Source: Guillardia theta CCMP2712
Lineage: Eukaryota > Protista > Cryptophyta
Assembly: GCF_000315625.1 (NCBI RefSeq)
Contig: NW_005434660.1
Coordinates: 420,711-484,710 of the forward strand
Direction: 5' to 3'
Length of the DNA stretch: 64,000 nt
The position numbers and the translations under genes are program-made. The notes beneath the pieces were generated by a model. That model searched no databases. It saw nothing but the letters and a program-made list of their open reading frames with translations, and was not told the origin of the DNA. Below are positions 1-12,732 of this stretch, piece by piece. Position 1 is the first letter of the stretch, and the number at the start of each line of letters is the position of its first letter.

Positions 1-97
1 CAGTGGTCAAGTTTAAGGACAGCCATGATTCATTCTCAGCACTGTTAGTCCGAATATTACAAAGACTGAACAACCGTAGCAGCGACGGTGACGGGAC

Positions 98-2749
98 TCA
101 ATCCGACTTGGCGAGCTGCGTGTCAGCGACAGAAGCAGCAAGGATGCTGAAGCGGCTCGCGCTCTCGCCCTCCTGGTGTAGGCTAGTAGAAGGAACTCGC
201 CCGATTCCGTGCCTATACTTGCTCTCCTGGATCAACGTATTCCGTGTCATGTCTTCCACCATGTTGAACCTGCGCTGAAGGAGCTGGAGCTGAGCTGAGG
301 TCTCTTCCAACACCGAGGAGAGCTTCTGCTTGTGTCGCTCGGGCGACGACGAGTAGAAGGTCTCGTACTCGTACTCCACAAGGAGACGCCCGTTCACCTC
401 GCTGTCCGGGATCATGTGCGCCTCATGCCCAACTAACTTCGACCAGAGCTTCACCTGCCTCTTCCTCGGTGCGTCGCTGATGTCGAGCCGGCAGTACCCC
501 ACCAGCACCAAGCACTTGAGCCCGCTGCTGTCCCACACGAAGAGCTCGACGACCTGATCCTTCTCTGCCAAGGGGAAAGAGACGATCTCATTCCAATGAG
601 GGCTTGTCGAACTCCTCACGCAGCTCGACTTCCTGACTTCTGCTCCAAGCTTGACTTCGATGAAAGTTGTGGGTTGCCCGCTCACGCTCACTCTTCCCAG
701 CCCCTCGGCTCGGAGCAGTCTGACATTGAGAGTGCCAATGATCATTCCCTTCTTCTCGTTGATCACTCGAATCTCATACTCCCTCCTCGCCGCATATTCC
801 GTGTACTCCTTGTTGTTCAGGAGCTTTGCAGTGATCAAATTTCGAGCCTTCAGGCCGATGAAAAATGATTGAACACGATCTGCTGTCCAGGAGTCATCAA
901 TTTCGTTCAAGTTGACGTGCCAAAATATCAAGTTTCTGACCGACTGCAACATAAACTTGCGAAAGCCTTTTCTGTCCAGAAAGATTTGTGACTCGATGAA
1001 GACGCCATTCTTTCGTTCGACCACGTACCTCATCCAGTCCTTCGCTCGGAAGACGATAGGAGGCGATACTGGCAAACGAGCAAGACCGTTCGACAAGGCT
1101 TCAAAGCTTATAGGCTCTCCTCCACCAATCTTTGAAAAACACAAATCGATCGCCATTTCGAGCTCATCTGCATCCCTGCACTTCAACACAAAATATCTCG
1201 CAAGCTCTTTGAGAGGAGATCCAAACGCGACTTCGTGGTACGGCAAGTCAGACAACGAATAGCTTTTAACACGATCAATGTCCGACTGATTGGGAGATGT
1301 GAAGCCATCGAGTAGCACGCAAACCACGACATTGATGAGAGTGAAAGTGATGAGAAGTTGAAAGAGTACAAAGAATAACGCACAGGGAATAGGGCTTGAG
1401 GTGTAAAGGAAAAGATTTCGGACAATGTCTGCCCATCCATCTCCTGTGATGACCTGCCATAATGTGAACATCGAGGCGAAAAACGTCCCGAAGTGAACGG
1501 GATCAATTTGGCCGAAGAAATAGACGCTCTGAATTGCAAATAAGCTCATCAACAACGCCACGATTGCGTAGGCGTTCAACATTCCAGGTAGAGCATTAAA
1601 GAGAGAATGCATGATCTTTCTCATAGAGGGAATTCGTTTGAAAAGGCGAAAAACGCGAAATGCTCTGGTCAGTCTCAGTGTCTTTGCTGCAGGGATGTTT
1701 GGAAGGAACAGCGTCAGAAGACTGATAAGGACAACGAAGAAATCAAAGAAATTCCACGGGTCGGTGAGAAAATCTCTCCACAGGGTTGAGAACATATTGA
1801 TAAAGAGCTCAACAGTGAAGATGACAGTGAAGAAGGTGTCGGCCACAGTCAGAATTTTTGATAAAGCCTGATCTGGATTTCGAACTTGAGATTCAATAAT
1901 GTTCAACATGAAGTTGCAATAGATAAGAGCTGCGACGAGGATCTGACAATTCGCACTCGTATAATGCAACTTCGTCCAAGCTCGAAATCTTGCAAAGTCA
2001 CTTATAACCTTGGGAGTACTTCCAGAACTCTTTTGTCTATTCAATATTTGATTGATTGCCGCTACCCATTGCTGCTTTTCAACGTTATTCTGACACACGA
2101 ACTGCAAACTCCTCCCCCTATGATGGCCCTCATATGTAGTCGATATGGTGAACCCAAACAACATGGCATAACGCTGTGAGGCTTCACATTCTGTGTTCAA
2201 CCCGCTTGGTGGCCTTGTGCATGCTGTTTCAGTAGAAAAGCGTAAATTGCCTTCTTTCAATGTGTCAGAGGTGGCAAAATATGATTTCTCTTCCGAGCTC
2301 TGATGAGAGATGGCTGAAACCACCTCATCAAGCATGACAGTCCTCATAACGCTCAAGCCGAGCCAGTTGTTCGAATCATCGTCAACATACTCCAGCCTGC
2401 TCGTTCTCAGTGTTACCAACTTCCTCCTCCACCCGCCCCTCTCCGAGAGCTTGTATAGTGAGGCCCTTAATATGATCTCATCATCAAAGCTTTGAAGTTC
2501 ATTGAAGTCTACTCTTTTCGGCTCTCCTTCTGACCGCTCCGAGGTCTCATCGATCGTCAATTCACGGCTCATTCTATGCATGTTCAATCCCTCGGAGTGA
2601 ATACTGCCATGCACCGAGGCATGCATGCGTTGTTGGTAAACAGAATGATGACTTGCTGAGATTCGAGCAGAGAACATCCTGGTGAGAGAGTGATATTCCC
2701 GTGTCAAAGATGTTCAGATATTTTGGTGTCACTTGGGTATCATGGGCAT
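98..2749 (-). CDS. Single-domain (6TM) voltage-gated cation channel with N-terminal PH domain and C-terminal C2 domain
   Basis: 869-aa ORF. PH: LYKLSERGGWRRKLVTL...LQFVCQNNVEKQQWVAAINQIL. S2/S3: FTVIFTVELFINM...DPWNFFDFFVV. S4: KTLRLTRAFRVFRLFKR. Pore: FTLWQVITGDGWADIVR. S6: LINVVVCVLLDGF. C2: GTLNVRLLRAEGL...SPHWNEIVSF...VELFVWD. Probable ATG at 2749, with a 54-nt GT-AG intron (2679-2732) joining MPMIPK in frame to MFSAR. Confidence 0.9.
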
Positions 2750-3089
2750 TGCCAGGCCTTGGTTTGAAATACTTCAACAAACTGACAATCTGTGTTCCCC
2801 CGCGAGAGCCTTTTCAGTGCACAAGACATGCTTTTCACTTGCTTCGCCTCTGCTCGTTCGTGTTTGTCTTTCTTTCCTAGTTTTCGCATCCGCCACACTG
2901 TTGCTCCTCTTCATCTTCTCTCCTCATTCAGCCGTCGCCATCCCTGCGCGTCAAACTCAAAACCATTCCGCGAAACACTTGACCTCCACCCACCCCACGA
3001 TGTTCCACACCCCCCCACTGTTCGACACAAATGCACACCACCCACCCTTCCTTGTCCCCTACAAAAACCTTATCTGGCTGGCGATGGTA

Positions 3090-3620
3090 CGGTACCCTCC
3101 TACCCCACCCTCTCCAACACGAAGTTGATCGGCTCCCCTTCAAATAGTAACTTCGGTGCCCCTGATGCATGGGAGGGAGGGGGGTAGGGGGTATCGAACG
3201 CGGAATATTGAGCCCTCCGATTATGATTATCTTCTTATCCAGTACCGTGATCAGTGAACGAGCAAGGGGGGTAGGGTGGCTAGCACAATAGCCTAGCCAG
3301 GCGTGACGGCAGTGTGGTTGCATATAATGACAGGCAGGGCAGAAGGGGGTGGGGTGGGGGTGGGGGGTTGCGGCTGCAGGTCTAAATGGGGTCACACCGT
3401 ACTACTACCTTTACTCAAAGTTAACTTAAAGTGCACTACTACGGTACCCGGGAGTCCCGGAGGGTCGGCCCGGTCAATCGCCGAACACTGAGATCAGTTT
3501 GACACGTCGGTCGTTACCCCACCCTCCCGGTCCTCCAAAAGCACACGAACCACCCCACCGGTTCATTGCAGTCGAAATGGGTCCCAACCTACCGGGTCAT
3601 CTGAGATGATCAGTTATGAC
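3090..3620. promoter_or_regulatory. GC-rich intergenic island between divergent genes; carries TACTCAAAGTTAA (3412-3424)
   Basis: No credible ORF; G/C runs and many short palindromes; shares an exact 13-mer with islands at 16566, 30165 and 33143. Confidence 0.55.
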
Positions 3621-3677
3621 CCCCACCCCCACCCACATCTTAGTTTGAAACACCCCATCCCGCGGGTAAGCCGCGCC

Positions 3678-6600
3678 ATGTCCGGAGTACTCTCAGCGGT
3701 AGTGAGCCATGCGTCGATGCTGCGTGGGAAGGAGGAGCGAGCGCCAGATGTTGTGGCTCAACTTCGTCTGCTCTCCCGCAACTCTTCGAGGTGATGACCA
3801 GCGATCTCGCAGGAATCCCCTGCCACCTCCCCTCTCCTTGCTTGCATAATGAACCAAATTTCCTTGGTGTGCTGGTCAAGGCGAGCTCGATGGACTTGCT
3901 GTGCCCTTCAGTAGAAGCACGAACTTCTTGTCTTTTCTCCTTGCTCTCCCCAGACTGAGATGGTTCTACAGTCAGCCCGTGGCTACTAAGCTCAACCCTC
4001 AATGCCTGCAAACAACGGAGCCTGTGATTGAAATTCGATCTTTCTTCTTTGTGACTCTCCGTCCAGGTCTTTAACCAGCAGTTTCAGCTGGAAGTGGAAA
4101 ATGCATCAACCTCTCAGCTGGAAATTACTCTGTGGTGTGTTTGGAGCGTTGAGCGTGAAGGTTCTCTAATGTTTCAAAATCAAAGGGACGCCAGCGACAA
4201 AAATCCTACGAACAATTCGAATTTCCTTGGAGAGGTTTGAATGCTCTCTGATTTTCAATTTTCTGTCAAGGACTTGGTTGCGACAGGTCATTCTCAATGT
4301 CTCGAAGCTGGAAAACTTCGTTGGAATGGACATAAAGCAGACATTTCAAGTGAAACCTAGCAAGAACATTTCTGTCGACGCTCCCATTACCGGCACTCTC
4401 ACGATGTCCTTGAACTACCAATCTTCGAGCAAGGTATCGTTGACAGCTGCAAGTCAGCCCATGAGTGATAAGAGCGCATTCAGAGCTCCGCCATCTCAAT
4501 GGACTCATGGATCTCAATCGGAGTTACGTTCTGCATCGAAGAAGATTGGGAAGTGATCAAGCCCAAGCACCAGAAGTTTGAAGAAGACGCGAGGAATGAT
4601 CTCCAACGGATGCTCGCGGTCGAGGGGAAACAGCTCGAGGTCTGGGCGGCTCTTCGTCCTCTGCCTTGTCCTGCTGGCTTATGACATCTACCATAGGTTG
4701 TGGGTTCCGAACGATGGCTGGTGAACGGGTGATAGTGTGGGCTGTAGGGTCGCCAAAACTCAGACAGGCAGTGCAGGAATCAGAGCATTGGAACGCTGCT
4801 GCATGTCAATCTCTCTGGGGATGAAGGTACAAACAAACGCTGGACGAAGCTGAATGATACATGGCTTTGACAGATAAGGTGCGAACAGCCAAGTACATCG
4901 AGACCAAGCTTAGGGAGCTCTACAACGTGATCATAGAGTGTGCTTTGGCCCACGTTCCTGACCTTCATTGGAAACAAGGACCCACAGAGCCAGTTCCGCA
5001 GCAGCTCCTCTTTGAGCAAGACCAAGGACATCAAGAGGTAGAGGAACTTTCGTTGATCCGTCCATGACTCTCCTTTCCGTGCAGCCATCATCCTTACAAG
5101 AAGACTCTACCACCCAACGCTGGGACCAACGTCAAGGTGAGCCGTTCGTTTTGCTGCGAATGGACAAAAAGACGATCTCACTCGGCTAACCTGTTGCTTC
5201 CATAGTCGGTGACCGCAATGGCTCCAGTTCAGGCTCCTGTTGGTGACCAGCAGTTGTTTACATCGCTCACTTGACCTTTCAGCAACAAGTGGCAACCCCT
5301 GTGAAGCGAGTTCCTTCAGGATTTCGCTCAACAAACGCCAACGCACCTGCAAACACGACAGCAGTACGATGCGTACTGACCTTGACGCGACTGACAAGTC
5401 CCCATCGAAAGGAACAAGGAGCCCAACAAGTCGATTCGGCACGGATGGAGACTCAGAAAAAGATGGAACAGCAGGAAGAAATTCATAGATTGGAAGAACA
5501 AAGGAAGGAGGCTGAGAGGAAAGAAGCCGAGAGGAGGGAAGCTGAAAGAAAGGAGGCTGAAAGAAAGGAGGCTGAAAGAAAGGAGGCTGAGAGAAAGGAA
5601 GCAGAGAGAAAGGAAGCAGAGAGAAAGGAGGCTGAGAGAAAGGAAGCTGAGAGGAGGGAAGCTGAGAGAAAGGAGGCTGAGAGAAAGGAGGCTGAGAGAA
5701 AGGAGGCTGAGAGAAAGGAGGCTGAGAGAAAGGAAGCTGAGAGGAAAGAAGCTGAAAGGCAGAAACAAATTGCACAGAACGATGCCTTACGACAAGAAGA
5801 AGCAAAGAGGCAGATGCAAGCAAAAGAAGCTCAAGCTCTGCCTGCGGTCGAGACCCGGCCAAATGTGGTTATCGTCCTGTTTCTCTTTCCTTCGAGCGGG
5901 TCTGAGAGGCTGTAAAAGGTGCATGAGACAAGCAAGGAGGCTGATGTCGGGCTGGACGTCGTGTATGAGAATGGAAAGCACACTGTCAAAGCTGTCGCCC
6001 GGAATGGCCCGGCTTTCAAGTGACACTCTTGCACAATTCGTGTATCTATCTGAGCATTGCGTATAGTACGCAATTGATTGCAGTTGGCGATCAGATAGAG
6101 TCCGTGGACGGGCAGGACGTCTCGCGCCTGTCGACTGAGGAGGTTGTCTACATGCTCCTGAGAACTCTCAGATGATTTGGTTGCTCTCTCGATAGGTCAC
6201 CTCCCTCCTAGGAGGAAAGAGTGGAACTTCAGTGACCGTCTCCTACATCCACGGTGAGCAGACGTCGTGTGATGGGGCAGGGGCTGAGACGATTGTCACG
6301 ACAGACAGCGAGAAGAGAAATCTCACGCTACGGCGAGCCATCCCGCCTCACGACACCTCCAAGTGGCAGCTCATAGACGACGCGATGCGCAACGAGTGCG
6401 GCCCAGGAAGAGGAGAGGCCGGCGGCCTGACAGTCTAGCAGGTACCCACATCTCGCGTTCCTGTGGGTCGGAGTCAAGGTCAACGTTTTCTCCCCGCTAG
6501 TGAAAACTTGCCCTCAACCCCATGGCAGGTCACAGACAAGGATGCTGAGTGGAAGGCTGATATCCTCTACGGTCCTCTGTGGGATCCAAGTGTGTCCTTG

Positions 6601-7192
6601 CCGTATCCCCCCTCCCTCCCTCCCTCCCTCCCTCCCTCCTTTCCATTCCTCACCACCTTGACTTGCAGACAACCCTCCTCCCCTTCCGGAGCTCCCTAAG
6701 GTCAACAAGTCACTTCCTCCAGCGCGCCATCATGACCCGAGACTGCGCAGGTCCCGGAGTACCTCTTGCAGCAGATTCGAGCTTCCTCGTCCCTCCTCCA
6801 CGCTCAGGGGAGCAACATCCAGCCCGTTTACGTGATCCAGGATCCGGTCGCATCCTATGGTTTCAATCAGGGTCATGCCCCCTGTCTCTTTGTGTCCTTT
6901 ACCTCGGCTCCTCTTGTCTTCTCCTTCGCCTCCCTCCTCCTCCCCCGGTCTTGTGACTCGAGCTGACTCGGTTGTGCTCAGGGGTTCACTCTGCCAACTT
7001 CGGTATCCCCCAGCAGAGTTTTCCCAACTTGCAGTCGTCCGGGAATTTCTACCTGCCGGCGATCCCCCCGGCGATGCTCCAGCAGCCGATGGATGCCAAT
7101 ATGATGCGAACATCGCAAGAAGGCGTCATGACAGCCTCCCTCATTCATGTGCGTTGATCTACACGCCACGATGGGTGCGAATCTAAAGTTTG

Positions 7193-7234
<42 letters not shown>

Positions 7235-7369
7235 CTCCAATGCAGCTGTATGCCAACACAACGAGCGCCAGGCCTGCCATCACCGGGGCTCCCTCTGCTC
7301 CCTACTTCACCGGTTGAGCACGCGTCCGATCCTGAATCTCTTCTCACGTGTGGAGCAGCTGAATGCTGA
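3678..7369 (+). CDS. Multi-exon C2 domain + charged single-alpha-helix repeat + PDZ domain protein with polyQ tail
   Basis: Spliced by eye. C2-like: FNQQFQLEVENASTSQLEITLW/DASDK..NFLGE/VILNVSKL...TGTLTMSLNY. (EAERK)17 at 5508-5762. PDZ-like: ADVGLDVVYENGKHTVKAVARNGPAF...IESVDGQDVSRLSTEE/VTSLLGGKSGTSVTVSY (about 5920-6340). CAG run about 7195-7233. Probable stop TGA 7367-7369; AATAAA near 7524. Confidence 0.7.
5508..5762 (+). repeat. Coding 15-bp minisatellite, 17 copies, encoding (EAERK/R)n
   Basis: Direct count of GAR GCN GAR AGR ARR units. Confidence 0.95.
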
Positions 7370-7665
7370 GATTGAACCTGACCCTGCCTCCCCTTGTCAA
7401 CTCTGCGGCATCCGTTACAAGTGACGTTGGAAGGGCTGCAGCACGGCGGTGCACAATGACAGTGAGCCGCAATGCCCGACCGTACTCTCACATGTCGAAC
7501 CTTTGAAGTTTAGTTTGCGTTCAATAAACTCAGACGAACTTCGGAGGTTCAAAATCAATTGAAGACTTTGAGTAACGAAAGTTCACCCTCAGTGATCGGA
7601 CCGACTTACGAACTTGCGGCTTGACCCGTGCCAGTGGCTCAGTCAGCTGAACGTGGCAAGACGGT

Positions 7666-8232
7666 ATGAGCGAAGATTCCGTGATGTTGATAAAAAATGT
7701 CAATTTCTTGACCTTTTTTTTCACACTCAGCTGCTCTTGCGTGTTGAAGAAGCTTTGAGAGAGGGGAGCAACAGCGCAGAGACTGAAAGCGAGGAAGAGG
7801 AAGAGAGGATTGACGACCATTGGCATGTACGCTCTTGCCTACTCCTCGATCCTCAAGTCGAGAAAGAACCCCAGCGAAGTGTCTACTTCCAACAGGAAAG
7901 AAAAGGTCGAAGCCAAGGTCATCAAACAAGAGAAAGTCGTCGAAGAGGCTGCTGTGGAGGAGGAGGAGGACGAAGAGAGAGTATCCGATGCTGCATGCGT
8001 CTTCCTGAAAGAGCGATCGGACTACAGACTTGTGAGGATGGTGCTGGAGGAAGCCGGGCTTGAAAGAGCGCATGCATCGGTGTTTGTGAGGGAGAAGATA
8101 GACGACAGGGCGATAGTGCTGCTCACTAGAGACGACATGCTCGACAGACTTCAACTTCCTTTCGCCGACGTCTTTAGGATCTTCAGTGCACTGGAAGCCC
8201 TCGAGCGCAAGAACAGGCCGTCCAACAAATAA
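7666..8232 (+). CDS. Small SAM-domain protein (5' end uncertain)
   Basis: C-terminal LEEAGLERAHASVFVREKIDDRAIVLLTRDDMLDRLQLPFADVFRIFSAL fits the SAM pattern (L..GL...F....ID...L.LT..D...L.L). Confidence 0.6.
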
Positions 8233-8424
8233 TCATGATGGACAACTGCCAGCACATGACAGCAACAACACGTGACGTAAATGCTTCGATAAGTTTTCCT
8301 CCTTGCCAGGGCATCTTTGAAAACAGACTTGTTTGTAAGTTCTCTAAGTTGAGTACAAAAGGCTGTAAGAAGAACCCCAACCACTTTGAGCCGTTATCTT
8401 ACACCTCTCTTGGAATCTTGCGGA

Positions 8425-11244
8425 TCAACAGTGAGAGGACGATGAGGTTGGCGAGAGAGATCGCACCTCTCTTCTCTTCCTTGCTCTTCTTCTCTTCCTT
8501 GCTCTTCTTCTTTCCCCTCGGAGGCAGAACAAATCTGGGAGACCCGCGCCACAAATGTAAGGACGAGGAAGCAACAATGAAGACGAGAACAACAGAAGGG
8601 AGAGGGGGAAGGGGAGGGGGGAGGAGGAAGGAGAGGAAGGCGCTTTACTTGGAGGTGCTCTCTTTCTTGCTCCTCTGAATCTCGACACCTCCATGGCCTC
8701 GTTTGCCTGATAGAAGCGCATGAGTTGCACTCGATAGAGACTAGAAAGACTTGCCGGAGGGAGATATAAGAGCTTTCTTGAAGACGATGCTAATCCTGAG
8801 GGTACAACGTCACCCGAACAAAGAGCAAATCCTGAGCGAGCACGCAGTGAAAGATAGAGCAAGCACTCCGGGAAGAGAGGGGTCGAGGTTGAGAAGGGAA
8901 GGAGGACAGAAGCAGCAGAAGAGGAAGGGGGAGAGGGGGGGAAGGGTAGGATCTCTATTGAGACCTCGGTCCAAGGTTGTGTTCGCCCTCTGCCTTCAGG
9001 ACACAGTGCTGCATCAGCGTCAACATCCATCTTCTTCTTCTCCTCCTCCTCCTCCTCCTCCTCCTCCCACAGGGCCCGGGCCTCCTGGCTCCAGCCTGCT
9101 CCTCACCTCGAACGTATCCTGACAGTCACGAAACATGTGCATGGTATCCCCCTCAAAGACGTGGAAGGAGAACTTCTCCTGCAGAAAGCAGCTTCACCCC
9201 ACATTTTCTCCCCCACCTACAGTACCTCCTCCTCCTCCTCCTGCCTACTCTTGGGCTCTGGTATTCTCCGCAGGTTGAATCTCCTCGTCTCTCCGAAGGA
9301 TGCTACACACGCCTGTAGGGGGTGAGCATGCAGCGGTTTCCGGACTTGTACTCGCCTCCAGCGACCAGAGACGTCCGTGATCGGGATCCGTATGCCTGAG
9401 ATCAGATCAATCGGAGCAGATTCACCATCTTCTCCGGCAAGGCAGGAAGGAAAGGAGTCAGTGGGAGCGATTATGCGGCGACGCAGTGGGAAAAATCTCA
9501 GAGAAGGAGGAAAAGACCAGAGAAACCGGAGACGGGAGGAGCAGCGGATTGAACGAGAGAAGGGGCAGAGAGACGGAGGACATACCACTTGCAAGCTGAG
9601 TCGCCGTCGGGATAGAGATTGATGAGGCAGCAGTCGTACCTGCAAGTGAAGAGAAGAGGAGGAAGGAGCGTCAGGAGCCGAAGACTCCGACCACAGGGCT
9701 CATACCTGACGTTGGTGCGTTCGAAGAGAACGTCGCGCACACGAGTGACAGCGGGAGTGAAGGGGGTCGGCGACATGATCTTGCCGCTGAAGGAAAGCTC
9801 CGTTGGAAGAAGAGAGATGGGAGTTGGGAATTTGGCGAAGAGCAAGGGGGAAGGAGTGATGGTACCTGTAAGCAAGGCCTCCGATCCCTTCCTCTGCCAT
9901 CCAGCAGGTTTCCCTCCTCTCGAGGACTTGCTGTAGGAAGGAGATACTTCAGAAGGGCTAGAGGGAGAAACTGCATGCGCGTCCCACCCGTCCGTCACGG
10001 GTCAGGAGCTTTTCTGCCTTGAAAGGAATCTCTTTCCTCAGCTGCGCAGGCTCAGCCACTTCCGATCGCCAGCCTGTATGCTCACCTCCTCGAAGCTCGC
10101 CACGTCCTCCAGGATTCCTGCCGAGTCACCTTAAGGGGAGAGGGAGAGGGAGAGGGAGAGGCCCGGCAATAGGAGAGCTCACCGATGGAGATGGAGAAAG
10201 GCAGCGCGAGCTCTTTGAACGCCTCGCCGGCCAACCTCTGCACCCTCTCGTCGACATGGAGCCTGCGCAGCAACAAGGACACTGAGGGCTCAGACTCGAG
10301 CCAGCAAGACCTTACCTCCTACACGCCCAGTCAAACGTGGCCTTGTCGCTGCTGGAAAGATTCTCCAGCCTCTGCCAGCAACGGTCACCTCGCTTTGCCG
10401 AACCTCGTTTGCGTTACCTCACAGACTCGACCAGCCAGCGTCTGCACGCAGGAGGACAGAGTGTCTGGCAGAGGAGCGAGAACTAGTACAGCATGTCAGC
10501 GTTGCCCAGTGCTGTGAGACTGACGAGAACCTGCTAGGGCTCGGAGAGCCTGCAATGAAATCCTGGCGTCGTCAACCACCTTCGTTGATTGTTCGCCGAG
10601 TCGGATCGCAGAGATAGAGTGGCAGAGACTTGTCATGGTCGTCATTCAGACAGCAAGAGCTCGCAACCTTCACAATCACCTGTAAAACTTCTCGTCCTGA
10701 AGAATTTCTTGTCGTACCTCCGAGGCTGCATTCCCGGTGAGGGAAAATGAAACCTTTCTGAACACAACAATCAAAGACGTTCAAGGCATCAGAGTGCTGG
10801 AGCTACACGAGCGCATTGACACAAGCTCGCAGTCGCTTCGCCTCAGTTTCTCGGCGCTGAGAAGAACTGCCTTCTTGCTCCATGAGCGGCGCGACGGAAA
10901 GGACATGAACGATTTCTTCTATTGACTCCGTCTTTAGAGGACCATGTCTGCTGATCCTGCTCATCATGTACACGTCATCAACATCTTTCAGGTATTGTCA
11001 GATCCTTTACCTTGGCTCGCTCAGGGAGGTCGTCTTGAAGTTTGCAGCAGACATCTCTGGCCTCCTCCGGTTCGTTGGTTGATTGGCTCGATAACCGAGC
11101 AGAGGCGGCGAGACGAAGGACTGAGAAGCAGGGGACAGGGGACAATGGAGGATTTGGGTGCAAAGGAAGGAGGATGTTTGGTGGGGATGCGAGATCAGCG
11201 CTATGGCAATGCAGATCGCTCGCATCCGTCGCTCCCTTAGCCAT
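8425..11244 (-). CDS. Hypothetical multi-exon protein
   Basis: ATG at 11244 (MAKGATDASD); chain of minus-strand exons separated by pyrimidine-rich GT-AG introns; no domain recognised; ends approximate. Confidence 0.4.
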
Positions 11245-12420
11245 GGCGGCATGTGCCGGGGGCCCGGGGCAAGTGAATTTTGGCAGGCCTGCCTCAGATC
11301 TTTTCGCCAGGGGCCCCTCCGACGCACTGCGGCGGCCAGGCCGCCGGGCCGGGTGCCGGTGATGGGCTCGGACTGGCGGGCCTGAACTTCGGAACGCGGC
11401 GCTTCATACTAAACTTAGTAATGCCATGGCAGTGATTGTCCTCGTAGTACCGTGATTTTTAAATGGACTTGGGGCAGGCGTGACGCGGGCCGGTACTCCG
11501 TCAATCCCGGAGTCTTTATCTCAATCCGTCAGTCACCACCATCCGTGACAGTGCCAGGGCGCCCGGCGGCGCCTCTGACTGTACGGTCGCCGGGCTGGCC
11601 CGCCGGTGGAGGCCCCCGGCGGCCTCGTGGCCCCCGCCGTAGCACGGTGACGCGGCCTGGACGTATCTCCGCGGCCGCCCGCCGCTGAGTGATTGAGAGT
11701 CCATTCTGATACCAATTACGCCTCCCATCGTCACCCAGCCGCAAGTGGGTCACCTGACGGAGCCACAGGCGTCCCTTCGAGCCCACGGGGAGTCTCATGG
11801 CCCTAGGAGCAGGTAACGGCCAGTCAGCGGGACTCCGCGACTCCCGACCCCAGCCCTTCCGAGGACCAGAACGTTCCGATCAACGTCCGATGGTCCTGGC
11901 ACCCCCCTGTTTGACTGACTCTACCCACCCATTGGTTGATACTACCCACACATGATACGTGCATGAGGGGCACGAGTCGAACCATCCACCCCCCTGCCAG
12001 GGGCCCCCTAACGCCGGAAGCATTGCTCTTATCTTGCTAGTCGGAGCTGGCCATGGCAGAGTCTATGTTGCGTGACGACACTACCGGTGGCTATGAGGTG
12101 TATAGAGGTCAAACCAAGTGGGAGGGGTGGTGTTCGAACTACTGCTTCTACCCGGGTGTAATGGGGGGTGACCTCGTGACGCACTCCGACTACATTGAAA
12201 AGACACACTTTGGTGTAGAGAGACGAAACGCTGTGAAATTTTATGAAATTTGTTCCAAACAGCCTGCTAATACAACGATTGGTGGGAACTAGGGGATCAT
12301 TTTTGACCTTCCGAAAAATCAAAAACGTTTTAAACAATTTTTAGCTTGTAAAGAATTGACCTAAAAAGAGACTTTTTTTCTGCGATCTGTCTGGCCTGAG
12401 CTCCCTCGCTTTTACCACCC
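11245..12420. promoter_or_regulatory. GC-rich, palindrome-rich intergenic island between divergent genes
   Basis: Non-coding. On the minus strand it contains TCACGGTACTACG (11443-11455; same as + strand 33372-33384) and TACGAGGACAA (11436-11446; same as + strand 16590-16600). Confidence 0.5.
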
Positions 12421-12732
12421 CTTGTTCGACTGCCCGTCGAGGAGAAGAGGGGGGTACCTTTGTCCTCTTCATCGTTTGCCCCTCGTCTCTGCCTTTCACT
12501 TGCGCCCGTCCTCTTCCCTTATCACCCCCATCCTCCAACGCAGCAAAGCTGTATCAGCCCTTTGTCACGCGCTTGCTTCTCCACCCATACATCTACCTCC
12601 CCTTTCTAAACCTTGATCGGATTGTTCTCTACTTCTTCGCTCTTTGCCCACAGTACACTTCGAATCCACAATACAGGAGATCATTGCTGTACAATCTCCT
12701 TGAAAGAAAGCAGAATCGCTTGCTGGTACAGC

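Noticed and set aside
5107-5862. Minus-strand (SQPPF)n and (LSLLS)n ORFs
   Set aside because: Antisense of the EAERK minisatellite; splice signals support the plus strand.
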